This document shows positions 17,238-25,007 of a stretch of 37,540 nt of DNA, in pieces. Numbering within the stretch: position 1 is the stretch's first letter; each line of letters begins with the position of its first letter. This DNA is from a virus (taxonomy: Duplodnaviria; Caudoviricetes): positions 1 through 37,540 of the IMG/VR virus record IMGVR_UViG_3300021962_000275; one strand, written 5' to 3'. The translations under genes were made by a program, and so were the position numbers. The notes beneath the pieces were generated by a model, which saw only the letters and a list, made by a program, of their open reading frames with translations, did no database searches and was not told the DNA's origin.

Positions 17238-18300
17238 TTTCTTGCAGCGTAAAAATCGAGGCTTTGTTATTGCTCCTGCTGGCGCCGGCAAGACCTTCAT
17301 CGCTGCGGCCGCACTACGCCGCGGCATGCAGTCAGATTCTCCAGCGCCGTTTACAAACCAGGCTCGCATCGTATGGCTGGCCAACACTCGAGAGCAGGTG
17401 CAGCAGGCTCTGGACGCCGCAGACAAATTTGGAGTCAAGATCGAGGCGCACTGCGTGGCGGCACAACCCGATTGCACATCTGCTCATGTCATCATCGTCG
17501 ACGAGGCCCACCACATGCCGGCCGTCACTTGGGCGTCCACCATAGGACGGTGCAAGGGCATCATCTGGGGCTTTTCGGCAACACCTTGGTCAGATCCCGA
17601 GCGCGATCTGCAGCTCAAGGACTTCTTCCGCGAATTTTACACCGTGCCACGATCCGAGGTCATGGCAACCGGCAGCATCACTCAGGGTGCAGTCGTCGCG
17701 CACAATCTTGATCTGCCGAGTCAGTTCGACCATGAGATCGAATCTAGCACCGTTGCCGAGACCGCACGCAGGTGCCGGCGCTTTCCATTTATTGATCGGA
17801 GCGAACACGAACGCCGGGCAAGATGGCAGGCCACCGCTGATGTCGTGAAAACAAACGCAAAACGTAACGCCAAGATCATCGATCTAGCGACAAGCGAACC
17901 CGGCAGCATTCTGATCTTGGTCTCAACCGTTGAACACGGTGAGCGCCTGCAGGCCGACATCGCCGACTCCGTTGTCGTTCACGCAAAAATCGGCAAGAAA
18001 CGACGCACCGAAGCCATTGAAAAATTCCGCAGTGGAGCACTCCGCTGCATGATTGCAACCAGTCTGGCCGACGAAGGACTCGATGTACCGCGGGCCAGCG
18101 TGTTGATTCTTGCCGCTGGAGGTAGATCCGCGGGTAAGCTCGAGCAACGTGCAGGCCGCGTGATGCGAGCGCACGAAGGCAAAGAATTTGGCATCGTCCA
18201 CGACTTTGTTGATGCCGGCGCTTCGCTGGCTCACGCTCAATTTCTCGCCCGAGTTAGAACCTATCAAAAGCTAGGATACAAAATTTCACGACCACTATGA
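17203..18300 (+). CDS. superfamily 2 DEAH helicase
   Basis: LRPYQ, Walker A APAGAGKT, DEAHH, SATP, EGLDVP, QRAGRVMR. Confidence 0.93.
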   Translation: MNLRPYQQAAVDFLQRKNRGFVIAPAGAGKTFIAAAALRRGMQSDSPAPFTNQARIVWLANTREQVQQALDAADKFGVKIEAHCVAAQPDCTSAHVIIVDEAHHMPAVTWASTIGRCKGIIWGFSATPWSDPERDLQLKDFFREFYTVPRSEVMATGSITQGAVVAHNLDLPSQFDHEIESSTVAETARRCRRFPFIDRSEHERRARWQATADVVKTNAKRNAKIIDLATSEPGSILILVSTVEHGERLQADIADSVVVHAKIGKKRRTEAIEKFRSGALRCMIATSLADEGLDVPRASVLILAAGGRSAGKLEQRAGRVMRAHEGKEFGIVHDFVDAGASLAHAQFLARVRTYQKLGYKISRPL

Positions 18301-18425
18301 ATTGCCCCCACTGTCACAAACCCATCAACGCTGCGGCGCTCTTGGGATCCATTAAAACTCCACGCAAGGCGCAGAGCGCACGCATCAACGGCAAGAAGGG
18401 TGGCCGGCCTAAAAAGAAAAAATGA
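18297..18425 (+). CDS. 42-aa basic peptide with CxxC and NGKKGGRPK motif
   Basis: MNCPHCHKPINAAALLGSIKTPRKAQSARINGKKGGRPKKKK*; ATGA overlaps at both ends; absent from the ORF track. Confidence 0.8.
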   Translation: MNCPHCHKPINAAALLGSIKTPRKAQSARINGKKGGRPKKKK

Positions 18426-18706
18426 ACAGCCCAAGCGAAACCCTGCGGAACATTGAGTTTATCCTGCGCAAGCATGCTGATAAATTTAACCACGGCCCAA
18501 ACATTGAAGGCATGAAACCTCGAGTTGAGCGCGATCAGATCATCACGCGGCGTGACTTTCTCACAAAAGAAGAACACGACAAGATCCTCGAGCTGCATCA
18601 CTCAGGCATGAAGGCCAGTCTGATCTGCGAGCGCATGTCGCGTTCGCCGGCCTGCGTGTCTCGAGTACTAAACGGTAAGCACATCACTTTTTCCAAAAAA
18701 CCATGA
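18422..18706 (+). CDS. helix-turn-helix DNA-binding protein
   Basis: KILELHHSGMKASLICERMSRSPACVSRVL HTH pattern. Confidence 0.75.
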   Translation: MNSPSETLRNIEFILRKHADKFNHGPNIEGMKPRVERDQIITRRDFLTKEEHDKILELHHSGMKASLICERMSRSPACVSRVLNGKHITFSKKP

Positions 18707-19248
18707 GCGATAAAAACTACAAAAGCTACGCCGACGAACAAAACGTCGTGATCCAGAACGATACCATCGATGCGCCCAACCCTGAGCAGTACGACGACAT
18801 CCTAAAGCTGTCGCACGTCGAGGGTGCCAACATTAACAACTGCATCATCAATCCGTCCGGTGGCAACCGCGAGGACGGCATCGACATCATGCGATTCTGC
18901 CGCTCGATCTACATCGGCAACTGCCAAGTGGGCGCCGGCAAGCTGTACGCATTCACGATCAAGGGTGGATCCTCGCAGATCGATCTGTCCAACGTGACAA
19001 TTATTCGCGGCGGCGGCAGCATCGAGAAGGTCGATATTGATATTGGCAATTACTCGGAAAACGCAAAGGGCAAGACGACCGACGTGCGCATCGTGAACTG
19101 CAAACGTAGTGATGGCCTGCCAGTTCGAGTGCGCGTGGGCTGGGCTGATCGGCCAGTTGTGATCGGTGGCAACGTGAAGATTCTTTTCTGGCAGTCGTTA
19201 CTCCTTAAAATTTACGTCTACATCAAAAATCTTTTTACCAAAAAATGA
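18703..19248 (+). CDS. short right-handed beta-helix (pectin-lyase-fold-like) protein
   Basis: Stacked strands INNCII, EDGIDI, IGNCQV, LSNVTI, IVNCK; amphipathic C-terminal helix. Confidence 0.65.
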   Translation: MSDKNYKSYADEQNVVIQNDTIDAPNPEQYDDILKLSHVEGANINNCIINPSGGNREDGIDIMRFCRSIYIGNCQVGAGKLYAFTIKGGSSQIDLSNVTIIRGGGSIEKVDIDIGNYSENAKGKTTDVRIVNCKRSDGLPVRVRVGWADRPVVIGGNVKILFWQSLLLKIYVYIKNLFTKK

Positions 19249-19439
19249 ACAACGGCAAGGGCGACTCACCGCGGAACTGCTTCTCGGAGCACTACCGCGA
19301 AAACTACGATCACATTTTCAATACCATCACAGGTGAAGACTGGCGCCGAGAGATTCAACGCGGACGAAAGACAAAGAACAAAGTTAAGGAACTCATCCTT
19401 GAACAACTCGATGAAAGATATCTTAAGCGAAAAAAATAG
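19245..19439 (+). CDS. hypothetical protein (64 aa)
   Basis: ATGA-coupled; GKGDSPR...YRENYDHIF motif typical of small phage proteins. Confidence 0.7.
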   Translation: MNNGKGDSPRNCFSEHYRENYDHIFNTITGEDWRREIQRGRKTKNKVKELILEQLDERYLKRKK

Positions 19440-19575
19440 TACCATCGAGGCGCAGCGAGAATTGTTAGGCCAGTGTCTCACCGCATTTGAATTGTTAGAA
19501 TTACCTATCACTCCCCAAACAATTGTATTCGTAGAAACACTACGCATCGCGCTCCGTCAGCACTGCACACAATAA
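19411..19575 (+). CDS. hypothetical protein (54 aa)
   Basis: ATG 11 codons before the upstream stop region at 19411 (MKDILSEKNSTIEAQRELL...); fills the gap before the primase. Confidence 0.55.
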   Translation: MKDILSEKNSTIEAQRELLGQCLTAFELLELPITPQTIVFVETLRIALRQHCTQ

Positions 19576-19591
19576 CTCCAATTACATTCCA

Positions 19592-21394
19592 ATGAATCCC
19601 ATCTTAGAACGTGCTCGAGCGTACCTCGCGCACTGCCCACCCGCCATCTCTGGATCAGGCGGTCACTCCACAACCTACACCGTGGCCGTCGCGCTGGTGC
19701 ATGGTTTCTCACTCAACAAAATCGATGCGCTCTGGCTGCTCGGCGAGTACAACGCAAAGTGCGTTCCACCGTGGAGCACTCGAGAACTCGAGCACAAGAT
19801 CGACGAGGCTATCAAGAAGCCGCACGACAAGCCGGCCGGCCATCTGATCGGTGATGTCAGCGTGCGTCGGCCATCGTGCGTGTCGCCCACCGGCAAGTTC
19901 ATCGTGCGCTCATTACCGGTGGCGACGCCCAGCACCGAGCTGACCGGCTACGAGGCCACCAAGCGATTCCTTGAGACGGTCTTCCTGCCCACCGACTGGA
20001 TCTGTATCACCAACGAGGCCCGACACGACGAGGAGCGCGGAAAGTGGTTTCCGTCGGCCAGTGGTACATTTATGACTCAGGTGCGCTGGCTCGAGCGATT
20101 CCCCGACGCCATCTGGGACGGCAAGGAAGCCGGCGCCTGGGTCCGCATAAACCCGACTAAGCCAGACCTGTATGTCGGATCCGACGCCAACGTCGCGGAT
20201 TATAGGCATTGCCTTATCGAGTTCGACGAGAAGCCAAAGGATGAGCAGATGCAAATTATCCAGCAGTGCCAGCTTCCCATCGCCGCGGTGATCGACTCTG
20301 GTGGACGCAGTTTACACGCTTGGGTGAAAGTCGACGCCACCGACAAGGCCGAGTTTGATGAGCGCCGGGACATTGTGTACGATTACCTCTCCGACTACGA
20401 TCCGTGCGAGGCCAACAAGAATCCGTCGCGCTTCAGCCGGCTTCCTGGCATCATGCGTGGCGACATCGAGCAGAAGCTTGTGGCGCTCAACATTGGCCTG
20501 TCGACCTGGCAGGAGTGGATCGACTGGCGCGACCAGTCCGAGATCGCAGATCCCACTACGCCGCAGGAGTTGCTTGAGTACGACACCGAGAACGATCCCA
20601 ACAACGTGCTCGGCAAGCGTTGGCTCTGCCGCGGCGGGTCTTTAACCATCGTGGGCCAGTCTGGCGTCGGTAAGTCGTCGTTTGCCATGCAACTCGGGCT
20701 GACCTTTGGCCTCGGCCGGCATTTCTTTGGCATCAAACCCGTCAAACCTTTGCGCGTTGCCTTCATTCAGGCCGAGAATGATATGGGCGACATGGCCGAG
20801 GCATTCCGCGGCGTCGTCGAGGCAATGCGGTTCAGCGGTCAGGATATCGAGACGCTCAACGCCAACATCCGATTCTACGACGAGACGGTCAAGACGGGTA
20901 CCGACTTCATTCGGTTGGCTCGATCCATCATCGTGAAGCATAAGGCCGACCTCATGATTGCGGATCCGCTCTTGTCTTATGCCGGCGACGACATATCCGA
21001 ACAGAAGTTCATGTCCAAATTCCTGCGCAACCACCTGAATCCAGTGCTGAAAGAGACCGGATGCGTCTGGATTTGGCTCCACCACATGCCGAAACCACCT
21101 AAGGGCGACCAGTCCAAGGGCACCGTGTCGGATCTGGCCTACGCCGGCGCCGGCTCCGCGGATCTCACGAACTGGTCTCGAGAGGTTGGCGTCCTGCAAC
21201 GCCAGGGCGACGATCCGACTTTCACCTTCACCTTGACCAAGCGTGGCAAACGCAGCGGCATGGTGGATCTCATGGGTAACCCGGCATCAGCCATCCGACT
21301 TCGACACGCACAGGCCGGCATCTGCTGGGAATACGCGCCCTCGGTGATGTTCAGACCTAAGCCGGTTACCGCACCGGCCACAATCAAGCTATGA
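19592..21394 (+). CDS. primase-helicase (PriCT-like N-terminus, AEP/RepB-type primase, RecA-like AAA_25 helicase)
   Basis: ARAYL...PPAISGSGGH...PPWS..EL; IEFD, DSGGRSLHAW, NPSRFSRLPG; Walker A GQSGVGKS, IADPL, LHHMPK. Confidence 0.88.
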   Translation: MNPILERARAYLAHCPPAISGSGGHSTTYTVAVALVHGFSLNKIDALWLLGEYNAKCVPPWSTRELEHKIDEAIKKPHDKPAGHLIGDVSVRRPSCVSPTGKFIVRSLPVATPSTELTGYEATKRFLETVFLPTDWICITNEARHDEERGKWFPSASGTFMTQVRWLERFPDAIWDGKEAGAWVRINPTKPDLYVGSDANVADYRHCLIEFDEKPKDEQMQIIQQCQLPIAAVIDSGGRSLHAWVKVDATDKAEFDERRDIVYDYLSDYDPCEANKNPSRFSRLPGIMRGDIEQKLVALNIGLSTWQEWIDWRDQSEIADPTTPQELLEYDTENDPNNVLGKRWLCRGGSLTIVGQSGVGKSSFAMQLGLTFGLGRHFFGIKPVKPLRVAFIQAENDMGDMAEAFRGVVEAMRFSGQDIETLNANIRFYDETVKTGTDFIRLARSIIVKHKADLMIADPLLSYAGDDISEQKFMSKFLRNHLNPVLKETGCVWIWLHHMPKPPKGDQSKGTVSDLAYAGAGSADLTNWSREVGVLQRQGDDPTFTFTLTKRGKRSGMVDLMGNPASAIRLRHAQAGICWEYAPSVMFRPKPVTAPATIKL

Positions 21395-21759
21395 CCTGTG
21401 ACCTTTTTCGCAGAATGGAGCCGCGACGACATGATCGCATACCGGAACGCAGTGCCGTACTTGCTTTTATCGCATCAGAAGCAGGCTGCGACCTGCCTAC
21501 CGCGCAGCGCACATTCCACTACCTGCGCAACAAGGGCCACGTTGTTTTTCTCACCCGTGGCCGCATCTGGCAGGGCGCCGAGCATGTGCCGTTTGAATCG
21601 GAGGATGATCGGAGGATGAGGATCGCCGGCGAGATGGCCGACTTGAAGCGCCAGGTGCGCGAGTCGTTGGCCAAGGTAAAGCATCTGCAAGGTGTACTGG
21701 GTCAGGTAGTTGAGCAGCATAACGCACTCGCCAAGATCGTTCATGACCTTAGAGGATGA
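21391..21759 (+). CDS. hypothetical protein, possible winged-HTH plus coiled coil
   Basis: 122 aa, ATGA-coupled; TAQRTFHYLRNKGHVVF followed by a heptad-like C-terminus. Confidence 0.65.
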   Translation: MTCDLFRRMEPRRHDRIPERSAVLAFIASEAGCDLPTAQRTFHYLRNKGHVVFLTRGRIWQGAEHVPFESEDDRRMRIAGEMADLKRQVRESLAKVKHLQGVLGQVVEQHNALAKIVHDLRG

Positions 21760-21783
21760 CGATAGGATGACGAAAGGATGATT
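21753..21783. repeat. three tandem 11-bp repeats AGGATGACGAW (third partial)
   Basis: aggatgacgat aggatgacgaa aggatgatt. Confidence 0.8.
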
Positions 21784-21907
21784 TTGGGGGCTATGTGAGG
21801 GGGCTGCTTCTACTAAAGCAGAGGGGCGCTTATTGCCCCCTCTCGCTCCTGACGGGCGAAGGGGCAGCGCGCCCTGGGATGATTGGTTTGGATTGTTACC
21901 ATTAAAT

Positions 21908-21944
21908 CAAAAAAGAACCCCATAATGTGAGTTATGGGGGTCTT
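21908..21944 (-). terminator. intrinsic terminator for the minus-strand gene block
   Basis: Stem aagaaccccataa / ttatgggggtctt with one mismatch and 6-nt loop, followed on minus strand by TTCTTTTTTGA. Confidence 0.7.
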
Positions 21945-21992
21945 GAGCCATATCGGGCGGCAAATGGCGGGAAATCAAATAGCGTGGCCTGC

Positions 21993-22109
21993 CTATGGGT
22001 CGCTATCTTTGTCTTCGATCTTGAAAATGTACGCCAGCACAGGCCAGAGCATCAAAATCAGGGCCGAAAACGCCAGAGTCAGCAGCAGGGTGATGATTTT
22101 GTCTTTCAT
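21993..22109 (-). CDS. 38-aa single-TM membrane peptide
   Basis: MKDKIITLLLTLAFSALILMLWPVLAYIFKIEDKDSDP*; absent from the ORF track; co-oriented with neighbours and upstream of the terminator. Confidence 0.7.
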   Translation of the reverse strand: MKDKIITLLLTLAFSALILMLWPVLAYIFKIEDKDSDP

Positions 22110-22146
22110 AACGTAGGTTGTTAACATTAGGGTTGAGATTGCGTGC

Positions 22147-22356
22147 TTAGTATTTGATGAGAAGCGTCACGCAGCAGTGCTGGCCATCCGTCCAGCGGTG
22201 ATACCACGCCGCCTCAATCTTTCGGCCATGCTTGCGCAGCACATTGCGCAATGTAACCAAGGCAGATCGGTAGGTTAACGCCACCACACGAAACTCATCA
22301 TCGATAACGACTTTGCTTTTAATTTGCTTGGCGAGTTTGATTGTTAATTTTGACAT
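22147..22356 (-). CDS. hypothetical basic protein (69 aa)
   Basis: ATG ORF in tightly packed minus-strand block. Confidence 0.65.
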   Translation of the reverse strand: MSKLTIKLAKQIKSKVVIDDEFRVVALTYRSALVTLRNVLRKHGRKIEAAWYHRWTDGQHCCVTLLIKY

Positions 22357-22377
22357 GTTGTGGGGAAGTGTATGGGT

Positions 22378-22575
22378 TTATTTGCTGGCCTCCTTGCGTG
22401 TAATGATTGGCCCGACTCGTATTCTGCCAGACGGAGTTACGCAAATTTCCACTCTTTGCTTCGCGCCAGAAACCTCTAAAACGTAGCCCCATTTAGATCC
22501 ATGACATATACGAGTGACTACGGCAGACCCAAATACAAAGCCATACTGAGTGTTGTATATCTTGTCTGCGCTCAT
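22378..22575 (-). CDS. hypothetical protein (65 aa)
   Basis: AAGGAGG Shine-Dalgarno and ATGA overlap with upstream gene. Confidence 0.75.
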   Translation of the reverse strand: MSADKIYNTQYGFVFGSAVVTRICHGSKWGYVLEVSGAKQRVEICVTPSGRIRVGPIITRKEASK

Positions 22576-22997
22576 TGGCTGGCCTCCTTCATTGCGGCGT
22601 CGATGGAGTCTCTCAATGTATCTCCCTCTGTTTTTTCATCGCCGTTAATGCGCCAAACGCACGGGCCTTCGTAGAACTTGGCGAAGGATGATTTCCCCAA
22701 CCAATCCAGCCGCGCTGTGTCAGCGGCAACCCGCGCATCCACCATCTTCTGAATCTGCTCCTCAAACGCTTGGATCAGCAGCTTTGCAGCTTCTTGCGTT
22801 GCTTCTTCGGTGGACAAGCCTTCGCCCTTAATCATGCGACCATCGTGCGTGATGCGTAGCACTTCGCGGTTCGCATGACTGAAACTCAGCAAAGAGTCTG
22901 GTTGATATGCGCCATCAGTAGTCTCAACCGTTAATTTGGTTTCTGGTGCGCTCATTCCGTTTTCTGGAAATTGGTAAACGTCCTCAGTTGGTTTCAT
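22572..22997 (-). CDS. hypothetical protein (about 141 aa)
   Basis: Start moved to ATG 22997 (AGGAGG upstream, ATGA overlap); alternative start 22955; C-terminal DTARLDWL...LRDSIDAAMKE motif common in phage proteins. Confidence 0.7.
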   Translation of the reverse strand: MKPTEDVYQFPENGMSAPETKLTVETTDGAYQPDSLLSFSHANREVLRITHDGRMIKGEGLSTEEATQEAAKLLIQAFEEQIQKMVDARVAADTARLDWLGKSSFAKFYEGPCVWRINGDEKTEGDTLRDSIDAAMKEASQ

Positions 22998-23191
22998 TTT
23001 GTAACCTCCTGCACGGTGCGCTCCATCTTGATCAGCTCGTCCCAGATCTCGCGCCCGGTCTTGGCGCCGTCCATCAGGCGAGAGATCATTTGCTCCTTGG
23101 TCAGCAGCTCGAGATCGTAGTCGAGCGTGCGCGTTATGCATAGCAGGCGTCCGAGATACTCGGCGCGTTTTAAATCATTGGAGTGACTCAT
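22994..23191 (-). CDS. hypothetical protein (65 aa)
   Basis: ATG ORF coupled to the downstream gene. Confidence 0.7.
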   Translation of the reverse strand: MSHSNDLKRAEYLGRLLCITRTLDYDLELLTKEQMISRLMDGAKTGREIWDELIKMERTVQEVTK

Positions 23192-23245
23192 TGTACTTTG
23201 GTTTTGTGGGTTATCTTACTTTGGTTTGTATGTTACAAAAACTGT

Positions 23246-23497
23246 TCACTTGCCGATAAGTGGTGAGGCTTTGCGCAACTGGCGCCACACCGACACCTGC
23301 GAGCAGCCAATCTCATTGGCGATCTCTCGCGTGCTTTTGCCCGCGGCACTCAGACGCACCATTCTGCGCACCTCATGCGGCTCGAACGACGTGCGCTTTG
23401 GCCTACGCTCTATCACCTCAAATGCACCCTCACGCATTAGCCTCGGCGCGTGCTTCTGGATCAAGTGCAGCATGCGCTGATAGGGTGTGTCGCTCAT
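23246..23497 (-). CDS. HTH DNA-binding protein
   Basis: AGKSTREIANEIGCSQVSVWRQL. Confidence 0.8.
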   Translation of the reverse strand: MSDTPYQRMLHLIQKHAPRLMREGAFEVIERRPKRTSFEPHEVRRMVRLSAAGKSTREIANEIGCSQVSVWRQLRKASPLIGK

Positions 23498-23715
23498 GGG
23501 TCAAAGTCGATGGTGATGCACTTCGCAGCGTTTACAAATACTGCAGGACGCTCGGCGTAGATTCCGTTCAGCAGCTTCTGCAATGCGCGAGGTGTTTTAA
23601 TTTCATGCACGGCCTCGTCCACAATAACCCTGTAACGAGGAAACGTGCCACGCTCTGATGCTGGACGCTCGATGGCTTTGATGCCGAGACTTTGAATCGT
23701 GTGAGTTATATTCAT
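23494..23715 (-). CDS. hypothetical protein (73 aa)
   Basis: ATG ORF with ATGA overlap to the HTH gene. Confidence 0.7.
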   Translation of the reverse strand: MNITHTIQSLGIKAIERPASERGTFPRYRVIVDEAVHEIKTPRALQKLLNGIYAERPAVFVNAAKCITIDFDP

Positions 23716-23730
23716 CGGTGTTGGTGTGGA

Positions 23731-24102
23731 TTAGGCGTTGCGACCGTAATTTGGGAACGAGGTGTAAACTTCGAAGCTCAAACGGTTCGAGCGATTTTGC
23801 AGGCGGGTCGCGGCACCTTCAAGCTGGCCGACTACGCCAGTGTGGTTGATCGACAGCGCATTCTTGCGGTGAGCCTTGGCGCGAGCCTCCAACTCATCAG
23901 ACAATTCTAGCTTCTTGATCTGCTCGTCAGAGATCGTGATCACTTGGGTGTTTTCGCCCCAGATGCTTTTGATTGCGACCTCGGACACATCGCCACTCAC
24001 ACGCTTGGCCTTCAACGCATCGCCTGCAGAAAAGTTCGTGCCGTCGAAAAAGAATCCGGTGAGTTTGTTGCGGAGGATCGTGATGCTGTTGTTGTTTTTC
24101 AT
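23731..24102 (-). CDS. hypothetical protein (123 aa), first gene of the leftward operon
   Basis: Start moved to ATG 24102 (MKNNNSITILRNKLTG) so it does not overlap the TerS gene. Confidence 0.7.
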   Translation of the reverse strand: MKNNNSITILRNKLTGFFFDGTNFSAGDALKAKRVSGDVSEVAIKSIWGENTQVITISDEQIKKLELSDELEARAKAHRKNALSINHTGVVGQLEGAATRLQNRSNRLSFEVYTSFPNYGRNA

Positions 24103-24127
24103 AGGGGGAATTGGGTTGATGCGCTCT

Positions 24128-24155
24128 ACAATGCATAACCCATCGTTGGGATCAA
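24128..24155 (-). promoter_or_regulatory. putative leftward promoter with overlapping dyad
   Basis: Minus strand TTGATC-16 bp-CATTGT with AT-rich upstream tract; dyad AACCCA-TCGT-TGGGAT at 24137-24152. Confidence 0.4.
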
Positions 24156-24210
24156 TCACTATTTTCAAAAATCTTTTGTCTCGGGAAGAACCCCGAGTTA
24201 CAAAAGAAAC

Positions 24211-24765
24211 ATGGAAGATCAGAGCATAACCGAGGAGAAGGTGGGTGGAGTTGATGAAGGTGCGCTGCTGACCGTTAACCAAAAACTTGCCCGCGGGAAG
24301 GATCTTCAGAACTTTAAGGCCACTCACGTTGACCCGGAAAAGATCAAGGCTATCGAGGCTCTCATCAAGAAAGGCATGGGACTCCACGCCATCGCACGCG
24401 AAGTTCACAGTTCGACCAGCACCATCGCTGTCATCCGTGACCGGCTCATTGAACGCGAGCCAACCCTCTTCAAGTCTCACATGGCCGCAAGCCTTCAACG
24501 CTTGGCCAATAAGACCGCCTCAACTATCGAGCGTGGCATCGACGAGATGGAGCACCAAGAAATCAAGCCGACACAGCTGGTAGGGTTATCCGTCGCACTA
24601 GGGATTATTTTGGACAAGGCCGCGATTTTGAACGGCGACGTTCCAACAACCGTCGTCGAGCATCGCCTAACTATAGACACCGCAGCGGTTAACGAATTGA
24701 TCGCTAATTCCAAGCGTTCAGATGGCGACGTAATCGACGTAACCCACTCCATGTCCGCCGCTTAG
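24211..24765 (+). CDS. terS: putative terminase small subunit
   Basis: HTH (GMGLHAIAREVHSSTSTI), helical hairpin, ALGIILDKAAILNGDVPTTVVEHR, C-terminal DVIDV; first gene of packaging region. Confidence 0.6.
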   Translation: MEDQSITEEKVGGVDEGALLTVNQKLARGKDLQNFKATHVDPEKIKAIEALIKKGMGLHAIAREVHSSTSTIAVIRDRLIEREPTLFKSHMAASLQRLANKTASTIERGIDEMEHQEIKPTQLVGLSVALGIILDKAAILNGDVPTTVVEHRLTIDTAAVNELIANSKRSDGDVIDVTHSMSAA

Positions 24766-24898
24766 GTCACAGACGATGGACATATTAAACATAATGAAGA
24801 TTGTGCGTCGACCAAAAGGGGGGCGGGGGGGGTACCCCTGGCTGCCGCGGGACGACAACGCGACGGGTTATCTTGCGGAAAAATTTTTTACAAAAAGC

Positions 24899-24974
24899 GC
24901 CTCCTTAGCTCAGTTGGCAGAGCATCTGTTTTGTAAACAGACGGTCGCTGGTTCAAATCCAGCAGGTGGCTCCA
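24899..24974 (+). tRNA. trnT: tRNA-Thr (anticodon TGT) with encoded CCA
   Basis: Acceptor GCCTCCT/AGGTGGC (U4-U69 mismatch), D arm GCTC/GAGC, anticodon arm TCTGT-TTTGTAA-ACAGA, T arm GCTGG-TTCAAAT-CCAGC, then T-CCA. Confidence 0.95.
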
Positions 24975-25007
24975 TGATTTTCCGTCTGGTGCATAGCATC
25001 AGCGGAT

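Noticed and set aside
21927-22124. Two short plus-strand ORFs
   Set aside because: They overlap the minus-strand terminator and the better-supported 38-aa membrane peptide
24103-24498. N-terminal extension of the 255-aa minus ORF
   Set aside because: Overlaps the TerS gene and promoter region; ATG 24102 is the more plausible start
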